Positions 9,760 through 19,170 of a DNA stretch of 64,000 bases are shown piece after piece; position 1 is the first letter of the stretch; every line of letters begins with the position of its first letter. A program made the position numbers and the translations under genes. The notes below the pieces were generated by a model. It saw nothing but the letters and a program-made list of their open reading frames with translations, had not been told where the DNA came from and ran no database searches. The stretch lies in contig CAXXVK010000057.1 in NCBI GenBank assembly GCA_963676915.2, positions 1 to 64,000 on the forward strand, in the 5' to 3' direction. This DNA is from Myxococcota bacterium (GTDB lineage Bacteria; Myxococcota_A; SURF-8; G963663525).

Positions 9760-11166
9760 TTATAGATCCATCTCCGCGTAAAATCGTTCCTTTTTGGTGA
9801 TCAGTTCCTCTCGGGATACTTCACAGGCCGCATCGGCGAGCATAGGTTTTTGTTGGAACAAAGGATTGAAATCACGAGGCAATTTCTCGGGAAGCCAGCC
9901 GTTTCGGCGAGCGGTTTCGAACAAGCGCGTTCCCGGCAGCGCTACGGCGAACTGCACAAGGGGCTTCGCTCCCGTGCGCTCGTGCAATCGGCGAGCGAAA
10001 TCCAGTGTCCGGTCGATCTGTTCGCGGGTTTCTCCGGGTAGACCGATGATGAAATGCAGCAGGCAGGGCAGCTCGAATTCCCGACACCAGGAAGCCGCCT
10101 GTTCGATACGGGCAAGATCCAGCCGTTTGCCGATGACATCGTTGATCACTTCTCCGTCCCCGGATTCCGGCGACAACGAGAGCAGATCGATGCACCCGGC
10201 CAGTCGTTTCACCTGTTCGCGGTTCAACGCATCTCCCCGTAATCCATTGGGAAACGCCGCTTTCAGGTTGGTGCGTTCCAGAAGATCCAACAGGCGGTCG
10301 AAGTGTTCCGGCTGTACGTTCGCCGCCTCGTCGAGAAACACGAGCCGGGTCACCGTCGGCTGACCGGCGAGGTAGGACACGGCGCGTTCGAGATCTTCCG
10401 GCGGTACGGGACGCCAGGGACTTTTCCCACCACGAGCCGCCGATTGTGCCGTGCAAAACAGGCAATGATGGGGACAACCCCGCGAGGCTTTGATAGGAAT
10501 GCAACCGGAGTCGAAACCGAAAGAGTCCGAACCCTCGGGATAGGCTTTCGACAAAAACGAAGCGAAAACGTCGAGATCCAGCGCTTCGTACAGGGAAGCA
10601 TCCAGATTTCGTAGAAATTGCGGGGCTGCACCGTGGCGGATCTCCAAGGATTCGCCACGCTTGGGCAAAGAATGAGCCAGTGATTTCAGGGTGTTATCCG
10701 CTTCTCCGGTGAGGATGCCATCCGGGACGATGGGCCAGGAGGCGACCGAGGCGGGATCGTAGGCGATGTAGTTCATTCCACCGACGTGCATGTCGGCCAG
10801 CCAGATCGGTCGTTCGGGTTGGGCGCGACGCAGTCCGCCGACGATGGCCGCCAACAACTTGTCCGAAGGGCTTTGCACGCTGAAAGGATCGTAGTGAATC
10901 ACGGCCAAATCGCACCGAATCGCTTCCAATCGTGCTAAAAAGGAACGAATCGTCGGCCCCAGCCAGCGATACCCCTGGGCATTGGGTGGTCCGTATGTGG
11001 CATCGGGGAGCAGAAAGGCGTCGAGCACATCCACGCCAAACCCTTCCGCACGCAGATTGGCAACATTCCACCAGCACCCGAATCCGACAAAGGGCGGGTA
11101 GTCGATAGCGTCACGATGCACCTGCAAGGGGGGACGCACCAGCAAAATGTTCGGTTTTCGGACCAC
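9760..11166 (-). CDS. Cobalamin-binding radical SAM protein
   Basis: NILLVRPP N-terminus and TGEAD motif typical of B12-binding domains; SRGCPHHCLFC CxxxCxxC; ESG; FIIGLPGETRE; PGT.LF. Confidence 0.9.
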   Translation of the reverse strand: MVRKPNILLVRPPLQVHRDAIDYPPFVGFGCWWNVANLRAEGFGVDVLDAFLLPDATYGPPNAQGYRWLGPTIRSFLARLEAIRCDLAVIHYDPFSVQSPSDKLLAAIVGGLRRAQPERPIWLADMHVGGMNYIAYDPASVASWPIVPDGILTGEADNTLKSLAHSLPKRGESLEIRHGAAPQFLRNLDASLYEALDLDVFASFLSKAYPEGSDSFGFDSGCIPIKASRGCPHHCLFCTAQSAARGGKSPWRPVPPEDLERAVSYLAGQPTVTRLVFLDEAANVQPEHFDRLLDLLERTNLKAAFPNGLRGDALNREQVKRLAGCIDLLSLSPESGDGEVINDVIGKRLDLARIEQAASWCREFELPCLLHFIIGLPGETREQIDRTLDFARRLHERTGAKPLVQFAVALPGTRLFETARRNGWLPEKLPRDFNPLFQQKPMLADAACEVSREELITKKERFYAEMDL

Positions 11167-11189
11167 GGACGACGTTCCTTATTCCAACC

Positions 11190-14100
11190 TCAGTAGCAGG
11201 AACAATAGGCGAAAGAACCGCTCGCTTGGCAACTGCCGCTTCCGCCGATGGAACAGTATTGCACACAGTCGGTAACCGTCCAAACCCCGTCGAAAGAATC
11301 GCAGGAACAAACCGTCGTGTCGTCCAGGCAATAGTCGTCATCGTAGAAAGAACAGGAACCGGAGCATGTCCCGGACCCGCTGCAGTCGTTTTGGTCCCAG
11401 TCGCAGCCGGAACAGTCGCAATCGTCATCGTTTGCATAACCGCAAGGATCGTCGGTATAGCAGCATTCTTCGTAGGCCGAATGTCCGGGGCAGAGTTGTC
11501 CCGAGGAACCGCCGCAGTCCGCATCATCCCAGTCGCAAGCTCCGTTGCAATCGCATTCGTCGTCGTCGGACCAGCCGCAGGGGTCGTCGCTGTAACAGCA
11601 GGGAGAACTTCCCGTGTATCCGTCGCAAACGTTTGCATCGGCCTGGATTTCCACAGCGGTGAACAGGTAATCGTTTTCGCCGCCCTGCGTGTCGTAATAC
11701 TGCACCGCCACGAAGTACGTCCCGGCGGCGGATGGCTCGAACAGCGCCGTTTCGTTATTGGTCGAGCGGTTGTCGTCATAATGCCAGCAGGAACCGGAGG
11801 TCTGCGAACAGCCCGTACTGTCGTAAATGACGATCATGGCGTCCCAACCGGTGGGATAGACATCGAACCGGTATTTGTACCCGCTACGCGCCGTGAAACG
11901 GAACACCAGTTCCGGTCCGCTGGCGGATTGTGGGGCAAGTTGCCCTTTTTGCGAACAACCGGACACCTGGAGTTCGTCGTCGAGACAGAAGGTCTGCCCT
12001 TCCATGGCGTAGGGGAACGAATCGACGATCAGCGGTTCCTCGCAACTGGCGAGTCCTCCTTCACCGCAGGTACACAAACAGGTGTCTTCCTGGGCCGAGG
12101 CGGAATATCCGCAAGCCGTTCCTTCGGCATAGCCGTTTTCCTGGCAATATTGCGCACAGTTCCATTGCGTGTACTGACTCGTGTCCGAATCGCAGAGGCA
12201 TAAGGTAAGGTCGTCTTCCATGCAATACGGATCGTCACCGTAGCAGTATCCGCTGCATTCATCGCCGCCGGATTCGTCGGAGCATTGGCAGACTTCGTAC
12301 CCGGCCTCCGAGTGATACCCGCAATGATGGAAATAATTGTATCCGGCATTGAGACAACCCGATTCGCAATCCACGACGGTCAACCGGTTGTCGTCTCCAC
12401 AGAAGCACAACGACACACCGTCTTCCATGCAGGTATTGTCCTGGAGGCTGGAACAACTTCCCGAGCATTCTTCGGTACTTCCCGAACAATCCGCATCGTC
12501 CCAGGAACAGGCGCCCATGCAGTCGCAGGAATCGTTTCCGGCCATCGAACAGGGATCGTCGGTCTTGCAGCAGCTATCGAAACCGTTGTAATCGGGACAC
12601 CAGGTCGAGGGGGTCGAACCGTCGCAGCTTCCCGAGGACGGCAGACAGTAGCTGTCCCAATCGACCGTCTGGCAGGTGTAGCCGCTGGGGCAATCGGTGT
12701 TTGAATAACAGTCGTCGAGGCAAAAGCCGTCTACACAATCGAAAAAGCCTTCACAATCGTAAAAACTGCGACAAACCGTGCATTGTTGCCATACGCAGGT
12801 TCCCTCGGACCAATCGCAGGCTTCGCCGGGCTGGCAGTCGTCGTCACTGGTACAACGGCTCGTTCCCGTAACGCATTCGCCGGAATACCAGTCGCAGATC
12901 TGTCCCGTCGGGCAGTCGTCGTCGGAAGTGCAACCCCAGTCGTAGTCGCAGGTTCCCGTGGCCTGATTGCATTCGTAGCCATCGGGGCAGATGCTGGGAT
13001 CATCCCGGCAGTCGGTGGATGAACTGTCCACCTCGCAAAGTCCCGTATAGGGGTTGCAGACATAGCCCAGCGGACAATCGTTGTCGGACTGGCACCCTTC
13101 ATCGTCGCCGACCACGCACAATCCCGTTGTCGTGCTGCAATACGTTCCTTCAGGGCACCATCCCCCCGGCTCGCGGCAGTCGTTGGGTATGCATTCACCG
13201 GTACTGGCGTTGCAGCTCGTTCCGGTAGGGCATACCGACCCGTCGCGGCAGTCTTCCGGCACGCAATAGCCGGTGGACTGGTCGCAGGTGGTGTCTTCGG
13301 AGCATACGGTGTTGGTGCGACAATCCGCCGGGACACACTGACCGCTTGCTTCTTCGCAAACCATGCCTTCATCGCAAACGCCGGTCTGGCGGCAATCGGC
13401 GCTGGTCGTCGGGCAGGTGCGGGAGAATGGAAAACACTGTTTTTGCGAACCATCCTCGCTAACACGCATACAATAGGAATTGGTCATCGTGCAAGGCTGG
13501 TCGTTGGAGCAATCCACGCCGCAAAACGTGCTTCCGGTGGAATCGGGCAGACAAAGGTCTTCCGTACCGCCGCAATCGGCGTCGGTGGTGCAGGGTTCGC
13601 AGTATCCCAATCCTCCGGCGGGAATTTCTTCGCAACGGTTGGTTTGGGTGTTGCAATACTCACCGTCGGGACAACCCGTGACCCGGCATCCGGCCGGAGC
13701 CGTTCCGCAATAGCCGTCCGAGGGACGACAATACATGTTTCCCTGAATGGGTTGGCAGAGGTAGTCATCGGGACACTGGCCGTGGGTTTCGCAAGGAAGG
13801 GCGCAGAAAGAGCCTTCTTCGGGATCGGGCAGGCAGAGCGCTGACGCGTTGTTGCAATCCGAAACGGACGTGCAGACCGCACACAGTTTTTCGAAGGAGT
13901 CTTCCTCCTCGACGCAGCAGCCATCGATGCACTCGTGATCGGGCAATTCGTTGGCGAGGCAATCCATCGTTTCCTGGCAAGTCACCCCCGAGGCGCATCC
14001 GGTATTTTCGGTTTTGTCCGTATCGCCGGGAAGGTTTTCGTCCTGCTCGCACATTCCCGAGGTCAGATTGCAATGGCTTCCATAGCCGCAATCTTCGTCG

Positions 14101-14315
14101 CTCAGACAATCGTTTCCGGTCACCGGTACGATGCAGAAACCGTCGATACACTGTTCGCCGAAGGCCATCTGGCAATCTTCATCCACGGTACAGGAAAACG
14201 TATCTTGCGTATCTGCAGCTACGTTCGATTGGTCGTCACAGGAAACCGCTCCGCCAATCACCAACAGGATCGTCAAACAGATCGCAAACCATGGGATTCC
14301 CGCTCGGGCTTTCAT
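11190..14315 (-). CDS. Very Cys-rich modular lipoprotein (Dickkopf-like CxxDxDC repeats, LNR-like repeats, PPC-like domain)
   Basis: Start MKARAG with GGAGGGG RBS; lipobox AVSC; about 140 Cys by manual count; GPELVFRFTA...WDAMIVIYD...DD...AGTYFVAV PPC-like segment. Confidence 0.85.
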   Translation of the reverse strand: MKARAGIPWFAICLTILLVIGGAVSCDDQSNVAADTQDTFSCTVDEDCQMAFGEQCIDGFCIVPVTGNDCLSDEDCGYGSHCNLTSGMCEQDENLPGDTDKTENTGCASGVTCQETMDCLANELPDHECIDGCCVEEEDSFEKLCAVCTSVSDCNNASALCLPDPEEGSFCALPCETHGQCPDDYLCQPIQGNMYCRPSDGYCGTAPAGCRVTGCPDGEYCNTQTNRCEEIPAGGLGYCEPCTTDADCGGTEDLCLPDSTGSTFCGVDCSNDQPCTMTNSYCMRVSEDGSQKQCFPFSRTCPTTSADCRQTGVCDEGMVCEEASGQCVPADCRTNTVCSEDTTCDQSTGYCVPEDCRDGSVCPTGTSCNASTGECIPNDCREPGGWCPEGTYCSTTTGLCVVGDDEGCQSDNDCPLGYVCNPYTGLCEVDSSSTDCRDDPSICPDGYECNQATGTCDYDWGCTSDDDCPTGQICDWYSGECVTGTSRCTSDDDCQPGEACDWSEGTCVWQQCTVCRSFYDCEGFFDCVDGFCLDDCYSNTDCPSGYTCQTVDWDSYCLPSSGSCDGSTPSTWCPDYNGFDSCCKTDDPCSMAGNDSCDCMGACSWDDADCSGSTEECSGSCSSLQDNTCMEDGVSLCFCGDDNRLTVVDCESGCLNAGYNYFHHCGYHSEAGYEVCQCSDESGGDECSGYCYGDDPYCMEDDLTLCLCDSDTSQYTQWNCAQYCQENGYAEGTACGYSASAQEDTCLCTCGEGGLASCEEPLIVDSFPYAMEGQTFCLDDELQVSGCSQKGQLAPQSASGPELVFRFTARSGYKYRFDVYPTGWDAMIVIYDSTGCSQTSGSCWHYDDNRSTNNETALFEPSAAGTYFVAVQYYDTQGGENDYLFTAVEIQADANVCDGYTGSSPCCYSDDPCGWSDDDECDCNGACDWDDADCGGSSGQLCPGHSAYEECCYTDDPCGYANDDDCDCSGCDWDQNDCSGSGTCSGSCSFYDDDYCLDDTTVCSCDSFDGVWTVTDCVQYCSIGGSGSCQASGSFAYCSCY

Positions 14316-14623
14316 CTCTCCCCTCCATCCGCAAGAAGTTTCATCGTCCGGATTTTTCACAGTCGCACGTCGCTATGACAATTTTTCATTGTAAGGCGAT
14401 ACGAAAAATTATCAAACATGTTTTTCACTGGACGATTCGAAAAATGTAAGCGAAATGTTAGAGATAGGAAAATACCTCCTTCGAAACCTGTTGTTTTTGG
14501 CAAAACCTTGACCCTTTTCGGCGTGGCATGTATTTCTATAGAATTATGGCGGGGAACCGGAAACCCGCGACCACGATCCCAAATCCTTTCGATCGTCTTT
14601 CCGGAGACTGATGGGGACTCTTT

Positions 14624-15991
14624 ATGTATGGGCCTTCTTATCGACCGAACGTAGGTTGGATTTTCACGATTCTGGTGTTTCTGTTCTGTTTTGGATCGGC
14701 TTTTGCACAGGACAACGATACTCCGGAAAGCGTCGATGATAGCGTCGGCACACCTGCCGAAAACGACGACTACGACGACGATGACGATGATGACGACTAC
14801 GACAAAGACGACAAGAACGACGATTCCGAGTACGACTCGGACGACAGCTATTCCTCCGGCGGCTATTATCGGGCGGATGCTTCGGTCAAAGTGCTCGAAA
14901 AACAGGTGAAAGACCTGGAAAAGAAGCTGGAAGAGCAGGAAAAAGACAACAAGATCGCTTCGGCCCGAGCCAAAGCCCTGGCCGCGAAAATGGAGGTTCT
15001 CAAGCAGGAAACGGAAAAATCCGTCAAAGAATCGCTGTTTGACTGGAGTCTCTTTCTGGCAGTGGACGTGATGATGGCCCAAACCGAGGCGGACCCCTCG
15101 GGACTGAGCGTTAAAAAAGCCTCGATTTTGCTCGAAAAAGAAGTGCTTGACGGGAAACTGCAGTTCGTCCTCGAACCCGAATACGTTTACGACGGTATCC
15201 AAAACGATCACCACGCCGGATTCGGAACGGCGCTGGTGGATATTTCGTTGCTTGAAAGAAACGCTACTGCAACCCAAAAACCGGCTTCCACCTACGAAAT
15301 CGGTTTCGATCCTCTCTACGGACGCAATCACGATCACCACGGATCTCGGTATGCCAAAAGCTACCTAGGTTTGCAATTCGGAATGCAGAACATCCCGTTC
15401 GGCGTGTTCGCCCGGTACGACGATCCCAGTCTGATGATGATTCCTTCCGGCGACCTGGTTTCGGAGATGAGCGACCAGTCTTTCTGGGATGTTGCGCTGA
15501 GACTGTACGGCGGGCATGACTGGTTCGTCTGGGATAGCTGGATGGCTCGCGGACGACTGGACCGCTGGTCGGCGGGTGCCCGCTTCGGCGTGACTCCCAT
15601 GGACCGGATGGAATTCGGCCTGTCCTACAAATGCGACTTCCGCAACTTCAGCGACGAAGAGCGGTTTCAGGACGCGGCGGCCTATTTCATGGCCGGTGTC
15701 TGGCGTATAGATTTCCTGGCCCAGTTCCTTTATCAGGAAGAAGCACGAGACAACGGCGACCGGCTTTACAACACCGGTGGAAACCTGGAAGTCCGTCTCG
15801 ACGCCGACCGGCTGTATGGCGCGGCCCGATTCGACGGCATGTACATGGGTGCGGACAAATTCTACTGGCGGTTCACGCCGAGTATCGGCTTCTGGGCCTA
15901 TCCCAAAATCTTCACCATTCGCGCCATGTACCAGATCAATTCGGAAGTCGACGACAATTTGGCGTTGATTCAATTGATGGCCCAGTACTGA
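14624..15991 (+). CDS. Putative outer-membrane beta-barrel (porin-like) with Asp-rich N-terminus and coiled coil
   Basis: Signal peptide (AFA), poly-Asp tract, heptad region, amphipathic beta strands, C-terminal aromatic (QLMAQY). Confidence 0.65.
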   Translation: MYGPSYRPNVGWIFTILVFLFCFGSAFAQDNDTPESVDDSVGTPAENDDYDDDDDDDDYDKDDKNDDSEYDSDDSYSSGGYYRADASVKVLEKQVKDLEKKLEEQEKDNKIASARAKALAAKMEVLKQETEKSVKESLFDWSLFLAVDVMMAQTEADPSGLSVKKASILLEKEVLDGKLQFVLEPEYVYDGIQNDHHAGFGTALVDISLLERNATATQKPASTYEIGFDPLYGRNHDHHGSRYAKSYLGLQFGMQNIPFGVFARYDDPSLMMIPSGDLVSEMSDQSFWDVALRLYGGHDWFVWDSWMARGRLDRWSAGARFGVTPMDRMEFGLSYKCDFRNFSDEERFQDAAAYFMAGVWRIDFLAQFLYQEEARDNGDRLYNTGGNLEVRLDADRLYGAARFDGMYMGADKFYWRFTPSIGFWAYPKIFTIRAMYQINSEVDDNLALIQLMAQY

Positions 15992-15995
15992 TTCG

Positions 15996-17144
15996 GTGAA
16001 AACGTTCATGATTCGGCTATGGTCCAAACCGGCGTTTGTTGCTCTTTTCCTGCTTTTCAGCGTGATGGCCTGCGACAAGGTGGAGGTCGATCCCAACGAA
16101 TTGCGCCTCGACTACCACCCGTCGCTTTCCTCCGACTCCCCAAAAGGCGCAGAAAAAACTCCTGAAAAAACAAGCGCTTTGAACATGGCCAGCCTGGGTC
16201 TGCTCCAAGGTAAGGTCACGGTCAACGAGCATCAGAAACCGGAGCACGGCGAACGATTGAAGGGCGGCGACGTTCTCCACGGAAGCGGAAAAAAAGCGTT
16301 CGTCGAGGTGTCGTTTATCGACGGTTCCTTGCTGCGGGCCGCCGGATTCCAAACGCTGGCGCTCGAACAGGTGGTGTTCAAAGTTCAAGGACAACCTCTT
16401 CGTCGCGTTTCGTTAACAGCCGAAGGCGGCGACTGGTGGTTGCATACCCACGACCTGACCGGCGTTCCGGGGGAAATGGAAGTTAAAACCTCCCGAATGA
16501 CTGTCACCTTGAAAGAACCCGCGACGGTGCGGTTGTCGTTCGGAGTTCAGGGAATGCTGATTCAGGCGCGTGAAGGCCGTGCCGAAGTGACCTGGACCGG
16601 TCTCGAGACGCCGGTGGTCGTGTCTCAAGGCGAGGAATTTAGGCTGCCGATCTCCGGCGAACCCGGAGGAGAGCCGAGGACATTTATCGGAACGGACGCC
16701 TTCACAGACCGTATGCTTGCCTTGGACAAAGGGCTGAAGGCGTTTCGTGATTTTACGAATACCTTGCAAAAACAATCGGTTGCCGCGTTGATCTTTCCAC
16801 CGAACGGACCGGAGACGAAAACCGTCGAAGAAGACGACGGGGTTCAGCTTCTGCATGCCAAAGCGTATTACAGAGCCATGCAACCCCGCTTCGACGACCG
16901 ACAGTGGGCCACCCTCGAACCCAACCTGAGAATCTTCGTGGATAGCAACCCGCGCCCGTCGAGCGTCAAAGCCCGAACCTGGCTGGCCGAATGCCTGCTG
17001 GACCAGCAACGGTACAACGAAGCGGCCCGCGTCGCCGGAGAGACCTTCCGCCGTTTCCCGAAAAACGACCACGCCGAGCGCTTGAAAACCGTTCTGGATG
17101 CGGCAGCGGCGGGGCTTGTTGCCAAAACCAAAGGGCAACCGTAG
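15996..17144 (+). CDS. Lipoprotein with FecR-like domain and C-terminal TPR
   Basis: Lipobox VMAC; GKVTVN...LKGGDVL...VSFIDGSLLR FecR-like pattern; ARTWLAECLL...YNEA...RFPKND TPR. Confidence 0.7.
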   Translation: MKTFMIRLWSKPAFVALFLLFSVMACDKVEVDPNELRLDYHPSLSSDSPKGAEKTPEKTSALNMASLGLLQGKVTVNEHQKPEHGERLKGGDVLHGSGKKAFVEVSFIDGSLLRAAGFQTLALEQVVFKVQGQPLRRVSLTAEGGDWWLHTHDLTGVPGEMEVKTSRMTVTLKEPATVRLSFGVQGMLIQAREGRAEVTWTGLETPVVVSQGEEFRLPISGEPGGEPRTFIGTDAFTDRMLALDKGLKAFRDFTNTLQKQSVAALIFPPNGPETKTVEEDDGVQLLHAKAYYRAMQPRFDDRQWATLEPNLRIFVDSNPRPSSVKARTWLAECLLDQQRYNEAARVAGETFRRFPKNDHAERLKTVLDAAAAGLVAKTKGQP

Positions 17145-17378
17145 ATCCGGAAATTTCATTTCCTTGTGTCGAAAGATAGAACCCAACCTACGATTTTTCC
17201 TACAAAAACGATTCACAACCCTTATCCGTCATTTTCATGGTTTTCTATCGCACCTATCTACGTATAATGGTATTGGTCTTCCGACCTCCAACGGACCGTC
17301 GGGGCACGAGATTCGATGTGATAAAACGAAACAAAAACGAACGATTCGGTCCCAAGACCGAAAAAAGGAGCCTTTTTT

Positions 17379-18731
17379 ATGACGATACCAGCCTGTTTCA
17401 AAGCTTATGACGTACGAGGACGAATTCCCGACGAACTCAACGAAGACCTGGCGTTCGCCATCGGGCGCGCTTATCCGAAGGTGGTGAAAGGCGCACGAAA
17501 GGTCGTTGTGGGCTGCGACGTACGGCCATCGAGCGAAGCCATGCTAGCAGCCTTGACCCGAGGCTTGCGAAGTGCTGGCGTCGATGTGATCGATGTCGGC
17601 TTGTGCGGTACCGAAATGATCTACTTTGCCACAAGTTACCTTGAAACCGACGGCGGAATCATGGTTACGGCCAGCCATAACCCGAGTGATTACAATGGGA
17701 TGAAGTTCGTTCGCGAGCAATCCAAGCCGATCAGCAGCGACACCGGTCTGATGGATATCGGAGCCTTGGCCGCCGAAGGTCCGGGTGAAGCCGCCGAGCG
17801 TGAAGGTACTTTTGAGCGCGTGGATCTCTGGGACGCCTACGTCGAAAAGCTGTTGCGTTTCGTAGAGATCGATCGACTCAAGCCGCTGAAAATCGTCACC
17901 GATCCCGGTCACGGCTGCGCGGGTCCGGTGATCGACCTGTTGGAAAAACACCTGCCGTTCGAGTTCATCAAAATTCATCACAACCCGGACGGCACGTTTC
18001 CCGCCGGGATACCCAACCCCCTGCTAATCGAAAACCGCGATGCCACGGCTAACGCCGTACGGGAACACGGCGCGGACCTGGGTATCGCCTGGGATGGCGA
18101 TTACGACCGCTGTTTCTTCTTCGATGAAAACGGCGCGTTCATCGAAGGCTATTACCTGGTGGGATTGCTGGCCAAACAGCTACTGGCGGACCATCCGGGA
18201 GGAAAGGCGATTTACGATCCTCGCCTGACCTGGAACACCATCGAAATGGTGAAGGAAGCCGGTGGAGAAGCTCTGCAACACCGCTCGGGACACGCGTTCA
18301 TCAAAGAACGAATGCGGCAGGAAGATGCGGTGTACGGTGGCGAGATGAGCGCTCACCACTACTTTCGCGAGTTCAGCTATTGCGACTCGGGCATGATTCC
18401 CTGGTTGCTGGTCGTGCGGGCTTTGAGCGAAAACGGCATGAAATTGTCCGAAATGGTGCGGGATCGTCAAAAACGTTTCCCCTGCTCGGGAGAAATCAAC
18501 AGCAAGGTCGAGGATGCCAAAGCCACAATCGCCCGCATCCGTCGCGATTTCGAAGCCGAAGCGCTCGACATCGACGAAACGGACGGCGTAAGCCTGACCT
18601 TCGAGAACTGGCGGTTCAACCTGCGTATGAGCAACACCGAACCGGTGATTCGCCTCAATGTGGAAAGCCGGGGTGACGAAGCGTTGCTCCAAGAGAAAAC
18701 CCAGGCGATTCTTGCCTGTATCAAGGAATAA
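17379..18731 (+). CDS. manB: Phosphomannomutase/phosphoglucomutase (CpsG/ManB type)
   Basis: FKAYDVRG, TASHNP, DGDYDR, GGEMSAHHYF and RMSNTEPVIRLNVES motifs. Confidence 0.95.
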   Translation: MTIPACFKAYDVRGRIPDELNEDLAFAIGRAYPKVVKGARKVVVGCDVRPSSEAMLAALTRGLRSAGVDVIDVGLCGTEMIYFATSYLETDGGIMVTASHNPSDYNGMKFVREQSKPISSDTGLMDIGALAAEGPGEAAEREGTFERVDLWDAYVEKLLRFVEIDRLKPLKIVTDPGHGCAGPVIDLLEKHLPFEFIKIHHNPDGTFPAGIPNPLLIENRDATANAVREHGADLGIAWDGDYDRCFFFDENGAFIEGYYLVGLLAKQLLADHPGGKAIYDPRLTWNTIEMVKEAGGEALQHRSGHAFIKERMRQEDAVYGGEMSAHHYFREFSYCDSGMIPWLLVVRALSENGMKLSEMVRDRQKRFPCSGEINSKVEDAKATIARIRRDFEAEALDIDETDGVSLTFENWRFNLRMSNTEPVIRLNVESRGDEALLQEKTQAILACIKE

Positions 18732-18770
18732 CCACACGATCGATATCTGAGAAGAAACCGACCTTACCGA

Positions 18771-18795
18771 TGGATGGGGATTTCATCCCCGTCCA
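18771..18795. repeat. Dispersed hairpin TGGA(T/C)GGGGATTNNATCCCCGTCC, copy 1
   Basis: Near-identical copy at 23151-23174; both lie just downstream of a + strand gene. Confidence 0.65.
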
Positions 18796-18862
18796 CATGT
18801 TTTTTCAAAGCAGATCTACAGCCATCATGATTTGGTTTTAGCAATCCCTATCCTTTTCATAA

Positions 18863-18956
18863 GAAGGGTGGCATGGGCGAACCGCAGGTTGCCCATGGTG
18901 ATCGTTCGACCACGGGCAAGCGGACGTTTTACGTCGCTTGGCCAGTGCCACCCTTC
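18863..18956. repeat. Palindromic REP-like element (GAAGGGTGGCA...TGCCACCCTTC)
   Basis: 11-bp perfect terminal inverted repeat with two internal hairpins; the right half recurs at 60146-60196. Confidence 0.75.
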
Positions 18957-19170
18957 GTTTCCGAAATTCTCTATCGCTAACACCAAACAATGACGACTAA
19001 TAGCGGAAACCCATTCTATTTCTCTGAGTGATCATTTTCACCCAAATGAAAATTTTCCTGCGTTTTCCTCTTTTCAGGCACGAGTAACTACAGTATAACG
19101 CTTGCACTCGTTTTCCGTCCGACCCGCCATGGAAACGAGCCGTTTTCTCTACCGAAAAGGTCTTGGTATC

